DNA from: Prasinococcaceae sp. CCMP 1430
Lineage: Eukaryota > Plantae > Prasinodermophyta
DNA length: 64,000 bases
Direction: 5' to 3'
NCBI GenBank assembly: GCA_013416795.1
Contig: RQSC01000033.1
Location: forward strand, 154,583 to 218,582
Shown here: piece by piece, positions 31,392 through 42,243 of the stretch
Numbering within the stretch: position 1 is the first letter of the stretch
Layout: every line of letters starts with the position of its first letter
Notes under the pieces: generated by a model
Told to the model about the DNA's origin: nothing
Databases searched by the model: none
The model's input: the letters and a program-made list of their open reading frames with translations, nothing else
Translations under genes and position numbers: made by a program

Positions 31392-33957
31392 CTAGAGCAT
31401 GGCGGCCTTGGACTCCTCCTCCAGCTCATACGCGCGCTCCGCGAGGGCGTGCGCGTACTCATCGGCGCCTTCGAGGCGCCACTCGCCACCGTCGCCCGCC
31501 CCGACCACCAGCACGCGCTCGTGGAATGCAACCAGGCTCTCGCGGTGCTGCGGCGCCACGCCCGAGCGCCAGTGCGGCGTCAGCACCCGCATCGCAGCGC
31601 GGCAGGCGTCGCAGCAGCGCGCAGCACCTGCGCAGAGCCGCGCGCGCGATATGGCACCAGCTGGGGGCGCGCAGGTGGGCAGCGGCTGCCGGGCCACGCG
31701 GGCGCTCACTCACCGCCACGGAGATGTACGACGCGCCGGTCTCCCTGAGCGCCTCGTATGCCGCCCGCTCGGAGGCTGCGTCCAGTGCCGACGTCGACTC
31801 GTCCAGCAGCGCCAACGAGGGGCGCGCGAGCAGCAGGCGGGCAAACGCAAGCCTCTGCTGCTCGCCGAGGCTCAGCACGCTTGACCACTCAGTCACCGTC
31901 TCAAGGCCGTACCTGTCAAGCAGGTAGCCGAGCCCGACGCGCCCAAGAGACTCGGCGAGGTCGGCGTCGGATGGCGCACCTGCAAGCTTCGCCTCAAGCA
32001 TGCATGCCTCGTCGACCTCGCCTGAGCCCGACTCGGAGACGCAGTCGCTCAGGTCCCACGTGGGATACAGCAGCTGCTGCCTGAGGCTGCCGAGCACGAG
32101 GTAGGGGCGTTGCGGGACGAAGAAGACCCCGCCGCTCGTCCGCTCGGCGGCCTGGACATCCCCGTTGCCTGCCCCGTCGGCCGCCCCGGAGGCGACCGCG
32201 CCCGCGCTGCCCGAGCGGCGTCCCATGGGAGCCGGGGCGGCGATGGAGCCCTCGCCCTCGCGCCAGAGTCCCGCGATGGCGCGCAGCAGCGAGGTCTTGC
32301 CAGCGCCCGACTTGCCGACGATGAGCGTGTGATCGCCGGGGCGCACGCTCAGAGACAGGTCGCGCACCAGGAAGCGGTCGCTCGCCCCGCCGTGCGCCGC
32401 GTGGGTGCCGGCCGCGCCATCTACGCCGCCGCCGCCGCCGCCCGGAGGTGTCACCCCGACGCCCTCGAGTCGCAGCAACACAGCGCTGCCGCCTTCGTCC
32501 CCACCTTCCGTGACCGGGGCCAGCTCGGAGCGCTCGATGGTGGGGCGCGAGTGCGCCGCCCTGCCCTCCCCGTCGGCCGCCGCAGCCTCCACGACGTCCG
32601 TGAACTCACCGAGGCGGTCAATGACGGCGGAGAACTGGGCGAGGCTGTTGAACTGGAACACGATGATTGACACGTCGCCCAGGATGTGGCTGAAGGCGCT
32701 GAAGCTCTGGTTGATGACGCCGAATTCGATCTCGTTGTTGAAGTACAGCGGCGCGACCACGGCGGCGGGCAGCAGCTGGATGATGTAGCGATAGCCGCTC
32801 GTGAAGAAGTCCAGGTTGCGCGTGGCCACCAGCAGCTCCTGGTAATTGCCCACCAGCGCGCCGAAGCGTTCCGAAAGCAGCCGCTGCTCGGATCGCTCGC
32901 CGCCGTAGAACGCCACGCTCTCGGCGTTCTCGCGCACGCGCACGAGCCCGTAGCGGTAGTCAGCCTCGCGCTTCTCCTGAGCAAAGTTCAGGCCTACCAG
33001 ATTCTTGCCGATGATGATGGAGGCGCCCGTGCCGCCCAGCGCGTACACCAGCAGCGCGCCGAACAGCGGCGGGTAGATGGACCACAGGATGCCTGAGAAC
33101 GACACGAGATCGATCACCGAGTTGAAGACGCTCATCGTGAGGCCGAGCGCCGTCGAGGTGAAGTTCGCCACGTCGTCGCCCAGACGCTGGTCGGGGTTGT
33201 CGATGAGCGAGCGACTTTGCACGGAGTAGAAGGCTCGGCCAGAGAAGTAGCGCTCGGAGAGAGAGCCCGTCAGGTGCTCGCGCCAGCGCAGCGCCAGCTT
33301 CGACTGGAAGTAGTCGCGGAAGACGAACACTGGGATGCCGCCCGCCATGGCGAAGAGGTACAGCTGCAGCTGGTGCTGAAAGCGTTCGGCGTCGCGCGCC
33401 TCCAGCGCGTTGTAAAAGTCGCGACCTGCGGGCGCACGCGGTCTCGCGTCAGCGCGGGGGCGAGCACATCAGCTCCGCGCGCACGTTCGCGGCGCAGGCG
33501 CAAGCGCAGCGCAGCCGCGCGCGCCGGGGGCGGCGCCCGGGGCCGTCCCTCTCCACGCACCGAGGAAGTTGAAGCCGACCGAGACGCCCGTGGTGGCGAG
33601 CGTGAGCGCGAACACGCCCGCGAGCGCCCATCGCGCGCCGTCGCCGCCCCCATCGGCCTCCGGGCGCCAGTACGGTGCGCCCACCTCGACTGCGCGCGCG
33701 TACAGCGACCGCCAGCCGCGCGCGGCCTCGACCGACGCGGGGTCCAGAATAGGCTCATCCGTGGCGTCTGCCACCGCACCTCCCTTGTCCCCACCCGCTC
33801 CGCCCTCGGTCCCGCCATCACCGTCTCCACCGCCGCGCGCGGCGCTGCACCTCGCTGCGCGGCGCGCCGCGGCCGTGTCCCGATTGCTACCACTCGACCG
33901 ACGACGTGCTCGGGTGGCTGCGCGAGGCGTCGGCGGCCGCGCCCCGCTACGTGACAT
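31392..33957 (-). CDS. ABCD2: ABC transporter subfamily D half-transporter (plastid ABCD2-like); introns 33426-33560 and 31548-31713
   Basis: DNPDQRL, EADYRYGLVRVRENAESVAFYGGE, GKSGAGKTS, LSLGEQQRLAF, LLDESTSALD, YISVA|HR. Start codon is uncertain. Confidence 0.92.
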
Positions 33958-35402
33958 ACGAGGCCTTCGCTGGCGACGCTGCCGACGCGGCGCTTGAGCG
34001 CACGATGCCCGTCGTGACGCTCACAGACACGTCCGCGCCGGCGGCTGGAAAGGAGCGCGTGCTGATGGTGTTCGGCGAGCACAGCCGCGAGGTCATCACA
34101 TCGGAGGTGGCGCTGTGGTTCGTGCGCGCGATGCTGGACGCGGTCGGTGTGGACACGGGCGCGCTCGGCGCGGGCAGAGAGGCGCCGCTATCCAGATGGG
34201 CTGAGTTTGGGCCGGCGCTCGACGTCTTCGCCGGCACGCAAGGGCTGAGCGCGGAAACAGTGGCTGCGGCGGCGGCGGGCGGTGCCAAGGCCGCGTGGGG
34301 CGCAGCGATCCGGCGCGCGCTGCTCGGCGCCGAGATCGTCATCGTACCCGTCGAAAACGCCGCCGGCAGGCGTGACATCGAGGGCGGCCGGCTGTGCGAT
34401 CGCGTCGTGCGTGCGACCGGCGTCGACCTGAACCGCAACTGGCCGTACATGTGGAAGCGTTCGCCTTCCGCGCGCCGCTCGGAGACATACGGCGGGCCCG
34501 AGCCGCTGAGCGAGTTCGAGTCGCGCGCGGTGCTCGCGCTCGCACGGCGGTTCGCGCCGCTGCGCTCGTACGTCAATGTGCACTCGGGCGAATGGGCGCT
34601 CTACGTGCCGTGGGACCACAAGAGCGCCCTCGCCGCGCCCACCGATGGCCTTGCGGGCGACGCGATGGACGTGCTGCACGCGATGAATCGCTTCTGCCGC
34701 TGCAAAGCGGGCGCGGCAGGGGCTGTGTCAGGCTATCTCGCGTTCGGCACTAGCATGGACTACATGTTCACTGAGATGCGCGTGCCTTATCCGATCACCG
34801 TCGAGGTCTTCGGCGACCACAACGAGGGCAGGACCTACGCGAAGCGCGGCGCCGACGCGGTGCCGACGACGGGTGACCATGCGCGATCGCTGGCGTCTTT
34901 CGACTTCCTCCGCCCTGGGAGGGGCTCGAGCGTTGGCTCTGGGCGGCGCTGTTACACGATGTTCAACCCTTTGAGCCAGGCTGAATACCGCGGCGCCGTC
35001 ATGGACTGGGTGGCTGCGTTGATGGTCCTCGTCGACCGCATGGCCGCTGACGGCGCGGCGGGCGCAGCTGAGGCCACGGCAGGAGGTGCGAGCGTCGACG
35101 AGGAGGCGATGGCGCAGCGGAGCGAGCGAGCGGCAGCATTGGCAGCGGACAATGAGTCGGCACTGCGCTCGGAGTACGCATCGCTGGCCTCGAGGGCGCG
35201 CGCGAGCGTCGCAAGCGCGGGAGGGGACGGTGCGAGCGAAATCGCAGCCGCGCAAAGCAGTGTGATGAGCTCGACTTCGATCGCGACCGCACCTATGGTG
35301 GTCGCATTCGGCATGTGCGTGCTCGGGGCATTTTGTGCGTTGGCGTTCAAGCGCGCGCAGAGGCGCGCGCGTGCTACGCGGCGCACGCAGGTGGCCTCCT
35401 GA
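33876..35402 (+). CDS. M14 zinc carboxypeptidase with C-terminal TM anchor; no ATG or signal peptide found
   Basis: YHSTDDVLGWL, GEHSRE (HxxE), GVDLNRNW, YGGPEPLSEFE, VNVHSG, ITVEV; hydrophobic C-terminal tail. Confidence 0.88.
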   Translation, partial: CPDCYHSTDDVLGWLREASAAAPRYVTYEAFAGDAADAALERTMPVVTLTDTSAPAAGKERVLMVFGEHSREVITSEVALWFVRAMLDAVGVDTGALGAGREAPLSRWAEFGPALDVFAGTQGLSAETVAAAAAGGAKAAWGAAIRRALLGAEIVIVPVENAAGRRDIEGGRLCDRVVRATGVDLNRNWPYMWKRSPSARRSETYGGPEPLSEFESRAVLALARRFAPLRSYVNVHSGEWALYVPWDHKSALAAPTDGLAGDAMDVLHAMNRFCRCKAGAAGAVSGYLAFGTSMDYMFTEMRVPYPITVEVFGDHNEGRTYAKRGADAVPTTGDHARSLASFDFLRPGRGSSVGSGRRCYTMFNPLSQAEYRGAVMDWVAALMVLVDRMAADGAAGAAEATAGGASVDEEAMAQRSERAAALAADNESALRSEYASLASRARASVASAGGDGASEIAAAQSSVMSSTSIATAPMVVAFGMCVLGAFCALAFKRAQRRARATRRTQVAS

Positions 35403-35635
35403 GCGTTTGCGTCCCCGTCTGTATCATACAATTTTGTATCAATTCAGAGGCATCGGCGCAGCTCGCTGCCATAGCTCGCTCACGCGCGTGAGCTGCCCCG
35501 GATGCCCTCACTGCAGTCCCGGAAGTTTCTTGCACTGAGAAGCAGTCGTCTCCCGCAAAGATTCGTTTCTTCATGCATTCGTCTCCGACGTCATCGTCAC
35601 GATTCTTTGACGCTCCTTTGCTTCATCGTGGCCAG

Positions 35636-37162
35636 TCAGGCATACTTGTGCGAGTCGTCGTGGTCGGCGCCTCTGTTGCTCCATTGCTCGTACTCGACCC
35701 CGACATCGTTCTGGCCGGGCAGCGTCCCCTGCACTGCGACGCCCCCCTCGTGGGGCACGTGCTGCGATCGCCACGGCACACTGGCATGCACATAATCTTG
35801 CTTTTGCTCTGCGCCGTCGCACAGTGCTCGCATGAGCGCCTCCGAGTTCTGCTGAGGGGGGGCACGTGAGTCATGCTGGGCATTGCCGGGTGGTTGAAGG
35901 CTATGGTGGAGTAGGAAGTGATGGGACTCGTGCTGACTGTCGGCGATAGGTAGCTGACTGCCGCTGGCGCCGCGCCGTGCCGCGTCCGCGACGTCGTCGA
36001 CAGCGCATTGCGCGCCGAAGAAGTGACGGTATTGACCGCCGGCGTCATGCAACCCGCCACCCCCAGTGCCTGTCAGTGCCAGCGGGCACTCAGCGAGCAG
36101 CCTCGCGACGACGTCGCAGCACTCCGAGACCACTGCCACGCACTGCGAATACTCTGCGAATTCTTGGGTGAGGATACCTGCTGCTATCCCTCCCGATGAC
36201 ATCATTGAGTCGATGGCGGCCTCGAACGTGCTTGCGGTCTCAGTGATCACCACCAGTTGGCCAATCACCTCATCATCCGCGCCTAGCGCCGCGCGCCCAG
36301 GCAGCGTCTCGGCGTGCCGCGTGAGCACTCGAATTGCAGCGCTGATCACTTCGGCGAGTCGTTGCGCGCCGTGTGCCACGCGCGGCGCGGTCTCGGCGGC
36401 AGCCTCAGAGGCGAGCGTCACGCTGGGTAGCGCCGCAGCAAGGCGAATGAGGCGCTGCGCCTCAGTGGCGAGAGAGGCAAACGCCTCGCAGTTTGCCGCT
36501 GCCACGGCAGCGGCAGCCTGCGGGCTCGTAGATGCGAGTGTTGTCAGGAATTCTTGGGCGGGCTGCGGATCCGGCGGCGGGCGATCGAACGCACGCGCGT
36601 CTGAGCCCTCCGTACCGGGGGCGCGGTGGCGATAGTGGCCGAGCGAATTTCCTCCGTGTGTTGGCAGCGCCGCGTCCACCATGGCACGCGCCGCCGCGCG
36701 CAGAGCCACTTGCCATGCTCTGTGAAAGCCCTCCTCTGGCGCGTGCTCGTCAATGGTACCCGCGGGGTCGCTGCCCCCGATGCTGTTGTAAGCACCGCTG
36801 CCCCCGCAGTGCAGCGTGAGCGCCCGCAGCTGTGCGAGGCGGTGCGCTGCGCGCACGCCGGCCCCCGCCAGCCTCGGCGAGGCGCGCGCGCCACCTGCGG
36901 CGCACGCCGCGCGGACTGCGCGATCAAGCGCTGCGGCGTGTGCCTCAGGCGAGGGGGAGGGCGCACCGAACGCCCCCCTTGCGATGGCGGTCTGTGGAGG
37001 CACTCTGGAGTGTTGCGTCTGCGCGGATGTTGTGACGGACAGCCCGCTCCCGCCTCCGCGCGTGTGCCGCCAGGAGACGATCGCCAGCGCCAGCGCCGTG
37101 CGGAGGCGCAGCGTGCTGCCGGCAGTCTCGCCTTCCCGCCGAGGAGATCCTTCCGTCGCCAT
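35636..37162 (-). CDS. Hypothetical Ala-rich helical protein
   Basis: 508-codon ATG-initiated ORF with protein-like composition in its central part; no family recognised. Confidence 0.55.
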   Translation of the reverse strand: MATEGSPRREGETAGSTLRLRTALALAIVSWRHTRGGGSGLSVTTSAQTQHSRVPPQTAIARGAFGAPSPSPEAHAAALDRAVRAACAAGGARASPRLAGAGVRAAHRLAQLRALTLHCGGSGAYNSIGGSDPAGTIDEHAPEEGFHRAWQVALRAAARAMVDAALPTHGGNSLGHYRHRAPGTEGSDARAFDRPPPDPQPAQEFLTTLASTSPQAAAAVAAANCEAFASLATEAQRLIRLAAALPSVTLASEAAAETAPRVAHGAQRLAEVISAAIRVLTRHAETLPGRAALGADDEVIGQLVVITETASTFEAAIDSMMSSGGIAAGILTQEFAEYSQCVAVVSECCDVVARLLAECPLALTGTGGGGLHDAGGQYRHFFGAQCAVDDVADAARRGASGSQLPIADSQHESHHFLLHHSLQPPGNAQHDSRAPPQQNSEALMRALCDGAEQKQDYVHASVPWRSQHVPHEGGVAVQGTLPGQNDVGVEYEQWSNRGADHDDSHKYA

Positions 37163-37672
37163 CGCGAGCCCGCCACCGCCAAGCGCGGCTGCGCCGCTGC
37201 CTGCCGTCGATGCTGCGCCACTGGCGCTGCGGAATTGAAAAGCCGCGACGAGAAAAGAAAATCACCGCCGATACCGACACTGCAGGGACGCGGAGCCGCA
37301 GCCTTCGTAGGTGCGGCACCCGGCCCGCAACGCGGCGCGGCGTTTGTGCGGCGCCCCCCGGATCTCGAGCCGCCGCCGCAGCGCCGCGGCTCCGCGGCGC
37401 AGGAGCCGGAGGGCGTGCCGCCGGCTGTATGCGTGTGGCCTGGCGCGCGCGCGCTGTGGCGCAACGGCTCGTGCACCCGCGTGCGCAACGGAGGAGGTTT
37501 CAATTTGAAGGCACGTCACATTTCAAGAAAGCGTGCAATTTGACGTGCGATCAAGAACGCAGGTCAAATTGCGTGCCCGGCATGGGCCTGGTAGGGGCTA
37601 CCATCGATGGTACAAACTGTCAAATGCATTGTGATGGGGAATGGTACGTATGGATATCTTACAAGGGCGCGC

Positions 37673-38976
37673 TCAAACTCCTGTCTGCCCGAGGTACTTG
37701 GTGCGGATGATGCGCAGGGCGCCTGCCGCAGAGCGCTCGAGCAGCGACGAAGGCGTGTTGCGCTGTATGAAGCCAATGGCCTCGAGACATTCCGGTTCGA
37801 GCAGCGCCTCGCGGCCGTCGTCGTGCTCGGCGAGGTTAGACACCAGTTGCAGCACGTTCAGCAGCAGCCTCTCGTCCGACTGGTGCGTGCGCAGCAGCTT
37901 CGCGAGCGCCGGCACCGCGCCGGACGCGATGGCGGGCTCCTTGGCCGGCTTTTCGACTGTCACGCTCATGAGCGCGCCCGCAGCCGCCGCGAGCATGCTC
38001 GGCCGGTGCGAGGCCTCGAGCATCGCGACGAGCGGTGGCACGGCGCCGCAAGTCACCGCAGCCCTCTTGGCCGCAAAGGGCACGCACGCCAGCGCCAGGA
38101 CCGACGCGGCGCCTTCTCGCGTCGCGTCGGGAAGCGATTCACCGAGTAGCGCGGTGCAGCGCGCCACGCCCTCGGCTGCCAGGACTGCAGCAACGGCCTG
38201 GGGCGCGAATGGTCCCGCATCAGGACGAGCGCAGCGCCAGGGCGCGCGTGGCGTGCGCTCGCGCGATGCGTCAGCGCCGGCTCGGACGGAGCGCACGCGC
38301 GCGCCCTGGCTCGTCCGTGCGACCGGCGGACGCTCTGCGCGCCTAGCGCCGACCTCACCTTGTCATCACCCCCGCGAATGGTCCTCCGAAGCAACTCGAG
38401 CGCTTTGTGCGCCCTCTCGGCGCCTTCGAGGGTCGCCTGCGAGAGCAACATCTCGATGTTGCCCGACGAGGGCGACGCGAGCGCCACGCGCACCTTCGCG
38501 TCCCACGCGGCCTCCAACAGAGCCTCGTACGCGGCGTCACGCACATCGTCGTGTTTGTCCTTCAGCAGCTCCACGAGCTTGGCGAGCGCGCCCGTCTCGA
38601 GCAGTGCGGCGCAGCCCGTCGCATCTGACGCCAAGTACACACAGCAGCGCGCGGCGCGTTGCCTGCCGATGGCCTCGTCGTCGGAGAGCCGTGCGGCGAC
38701 GGCCTCCGCGACACCCGCACCGATGCACTGAACGCGCGCTTCGGGCACGGCGAGGAGATCCAGTGCGGCGCACAGCGCTTTGTTGCGCTTCGCGAGGCGG
38801 TCCTCGTCGCCATCGCAAACCTCGGACAGCTCGCGCGCCAGCTTGGGGTACGCGAACTTGCCGAAGCCGCGCGTCACCGCGCTGGCCTTGAGCGGCGCGG
38901 GGTTCGCGCGGCTGCTGAATGACGCGATGTGGTTGCCATTGTTCTCGGCCGCCGACAGGTGCGGCCTCCACGCCAT
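37673..38976 (-). CDS. RSPH14: Armadillo-repeat radial spoke protein 14-like; intron 38198-38358
   Basis: VTRGFGKFAYPKLARE N-terminal motif followed by ARM repeats (GAVPPLVAML, GAVPALAKLL). The intron joins in frame. Confidence 0.7.
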
Positions 38977-39785
38977 CGTGGGCGCGCGCCAGCCGCCGGA
39001 CTCTCCAGTGGCGCGCTGGTCGCCTGCCGTGTCCGCCCCCCGCCGCGCTGCGGCCACCCCGCACCCGCGGCCGCCGCACGCGCCAAGCTCGCTCACTCCC
39101 CCCTCCCCTGCCTCCCTCCTTCCGAAAGGGCGTCAGCGGGCACGCACGTCGGCCCAACGTGTGGCGCGCGTCCCGCCCCCGCCCTGCACCCCACCCTCTA
39201 CGCCCCGCCCCCCGCGACCGCCCCCCCGCCGCGCGCGCCCGCCCACATCCGGCAGGCGTGGGGACCGCCCGGCCAGCCAGCAGCAGGGGAGCGCTGCGCG
39301 GCGGCGCCTCGCGCTCCTCAGCACAGCGCGCGCTCGGGGAACCGCATGCTTATCAAATGTACAATGTAACCACGGGCGAGCTTCCAGAGCAAGCTGCAAT
39401 ACGGTTGAGTTTTGATGGGCGGCGGTTCCCACGGGTCCCCACACCCGCGCGCGCCGGAAGCGGCGCGCGGCGCGGCGCGGCGGGGCGGGGCGAGGGTCCG
39501 CGTCCGCGTCCCTGTCGTGCGCCGCGTCCCGCCGCAGCGCCTCCCCGCCCGCCGCCTGCTGCTTGAACAGCTGCGAGAGCATGCCTCCTCCCCTCGGCTC
39601 TTCCCCAGACAGGAGGAGGTGAGGGGGTGAGAGTGGGGGGTGGGGTGGGGGGCACGCCGCGCGCGCCCGCCCGCCCGCCCCGTCCGCCTGTGTACTTACG
39701 CGCGGGCGCGGGCACGCGCGCGAGCGACGGGCGCGCGCACGCGCGCCACAGTGCGCCCCGCCGCCGCACGTCGCGACCAGCAGCC

Positions 39786-41989
39786 ATGGCGGAGGTGCAG
39801 GATGCGATCGCCCTCCTGCAGAAGCAGGCGTCCACCGGCGGCGGCTCGGTCTTCGACGCGCTCGCGTCGGTCATTGGCGAGGTGCGCGCGCGAGCGCTTG
39901 GGTGCCCGCATGCGTTCGTGTGCATGGTAGTTCCGTGCCTGCGCGCGCGCGAGCGCACGCGCGCGCGCGCGCGGACGCGCGCGCGCGAGGGCGCGCGCGT
40001 GCAAGCGAGCGCGCGCGGGGGGGGGCGAGTAGCAGGCTCCATCTTGTGAGGGACGGATGGAATGGCGGGGGGAGGGGCGAGCGAAAAGCCCCGCGTCGCC
40101 GCGCGCATGGGGTGCTCCCATACGTGCCCGCGCGCGCGCCCCACCCCACCCCCCCGCGTAGCCTCTCCCGAACAAGCGCGTTATTCGTACCTTTAGTCAC
40201 ACCGCGCATGCGCATGCGCGCGTGCTTGAGGGGATGGGCGGCGTGTCGCACGCGTCTGCCGCCCCTGTGAGCCAACGGGGTCGCGTGCACACCTGGCAGC
40301 AGAGAAGCCCGCTAACTCCGCTGCCAACACTGCTCCCGCCTGCGGCTGCACGACCCCCGGCATGCGCGGCGCTGGCCCGGCGTGCGTGCGCCCCTGCTCG
40401 CCCGTTCGCCCGCTGGCGTGCGTGTTCGTGCAAACGGCGTTCGCACCCGCTCGCACCTGCAGGTGCTCGAGTCGAAGGCCGACGACGCAGTCGACCTGCT
40501 GGAGACGACGCTCCTTACCAAGAAGACGGCTTTTGCGCCCAGCGCTGGTGCCACGCCCACCGCCTTGCCTGCCGAGGCCGAGGCCGACGCACGTGCGCGA
40601 GGCGCGCTCTTTGCACCCGCAGGTGAGTGCGCCTCTAGAGCAATCTATGCGGTCGCGGACGGTCTATGCGCGCGCGCATGGGGATAGGCGCGAATGCGCG
40701 AGCATATCACCGACGCCGGGGTGCAAAGGGTGGGGGGGGATCATGCACACGCATTTGGTTTTACTGAGCGAATGGGCGTGCTTCCCGTGCGCCATACCGC
40801 CGCACGCGCATCTGACGCGAATCTGCTTACACGCACTCGCTCACGCGCGTTCGCGAATGCAGCCCCTCCCGTGAACGAGGAGACCGGCGAACCCGAGGCC
40901 GTTGAGCCTCCCAACGAGTACAAGGCAGAGGACATGCTGGCAAACACAGCGCTGCTTGACGCCGTGGGCGCCGCATTGCCGCCCGCGGAGGCGTATGCGG
41001 TCATGCTGGCCGCCAAGACGCTCGGTGAGGACCCCGCTCGCAAGCTCGACTCCGTTAGATTCTTCGGGAAGATCCTGGGTACTTCGTCCAACTACTACGT
41101 GTACGAGGCGACCCTCAAGGAAAAGCCCCCTGAAGCCGCAACCACGGCTGAGGGTGCCGTTCCTGCTGAGCTGAACGTTGGCACCAACTTCTACAAGTAC
41201 CTGGTGGCGTCCGCACCCGGCGCTCCCGCGACTGAGCTTCCGGACGTCACTCCGGAGATGATCGTGGTCAGCCGCAAGCTCAAGAGGTACCTGACAGGCG
41301 ACCTGGGTGCGGAAGTGAGCGCCTACCCGCGATTCCCGGGCCATGAGGCGGAGTACCTTCGCGCGGTGATCGCGCGCATCGCCGCCGACACTGTGCTGGC
41401 GCCGGCAGGATACTACACGCTCTCGGAGGAGAACGGCAACCTGGCCCCATCCGAGGACTACGCTCCGCCCGATGCCAGCAAGCTGGCTAGCGCGGCTGGC
41501 TGGGTCCACCGCTACCCGGCGGTGCTGCCGCAGGGCCGCTGCGAGTTCTGGGCGCCCGAACCGGTGGAGCCAGCCGAGGGGGAGGAGGCGCCAGCGCCGG
41601 TGGAGCCCGAGGTCGGCCCCCCGCTGCTGTACTCGGCCGCCGAGGACAAGGCGGAGCCTGCGGCTGAGGGCGAGGAAGGCGCCGGCCTGTGGGTGGGGGT
41701 GTCATCATCGAGCCTGGCGTCAGTTCCCTATAAGGTGGCGGGTGTGCGCTCGATGAAGTGGCCGGGCGCGTATGCCGTGGGTCGTGGAGCGGACTTCACA
41801 AATGTGTACATTGGCGACGGCGTAGAGACCAAGAAGTATGTGCCGCCCCCGCCGCCGGCGATGGAGAGCGAGTTCGAGGGGGAGCTCACAGAGAGTACCG
41901 AACTGCCGCCCGCGCCCGAGGTCGAGGGCGAGGCGGAAGCCGAGGAGGAGGGGGAGGGGGATGCGGAGGAGACGCCTGCTGAGGAGTAG
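39786..41989 (+). CDS. RSP4/6: Radial spoke head protein RSP4/RSP6 family; exons 39786-39881, 40463-40622, 40863-41989
   Basis: VRFFGKILGT..NYYVYE, KLKRYLTGDL, FPGHEAEYLRAVIARI, WVH...QGR, RSMKWPGA, NVYIGDG. Both introns are frame-consistent. Confidence 0.92.
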
Positions 41990-42013
41990 AGTGAAGCAAG
42001 GCCGACGACGCAT

Positions 42014-42015
<2 letters not shown>

Positions 42016-42047
<32 letters not shown>
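42016..42047 (+). repeat. (CA)n microsatellite in the RSP4/6 3' region
   Basis: Directly visible. Confidence 0.95.
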
Positions 42048-42049
<2 letters not shown>

Positions 42050-42243
42050 CGCGCGCCCGCGTATGGAGTTGCGAGCGCCTCAGTAACAAATGTCTCAAGC
42101 GAAGAAGGCGATGCTGACGGCGTGAGCAGCCCACGCTCGGCGTGAGCACGCGCGCGCGCAGGCATCTTTTGCCGCTGACGACCGGCTCAAACGAGATGAA
42201 TAGGTGATGATACAGGTGTTAAGTACACGCGCGGGCGCAAAGG

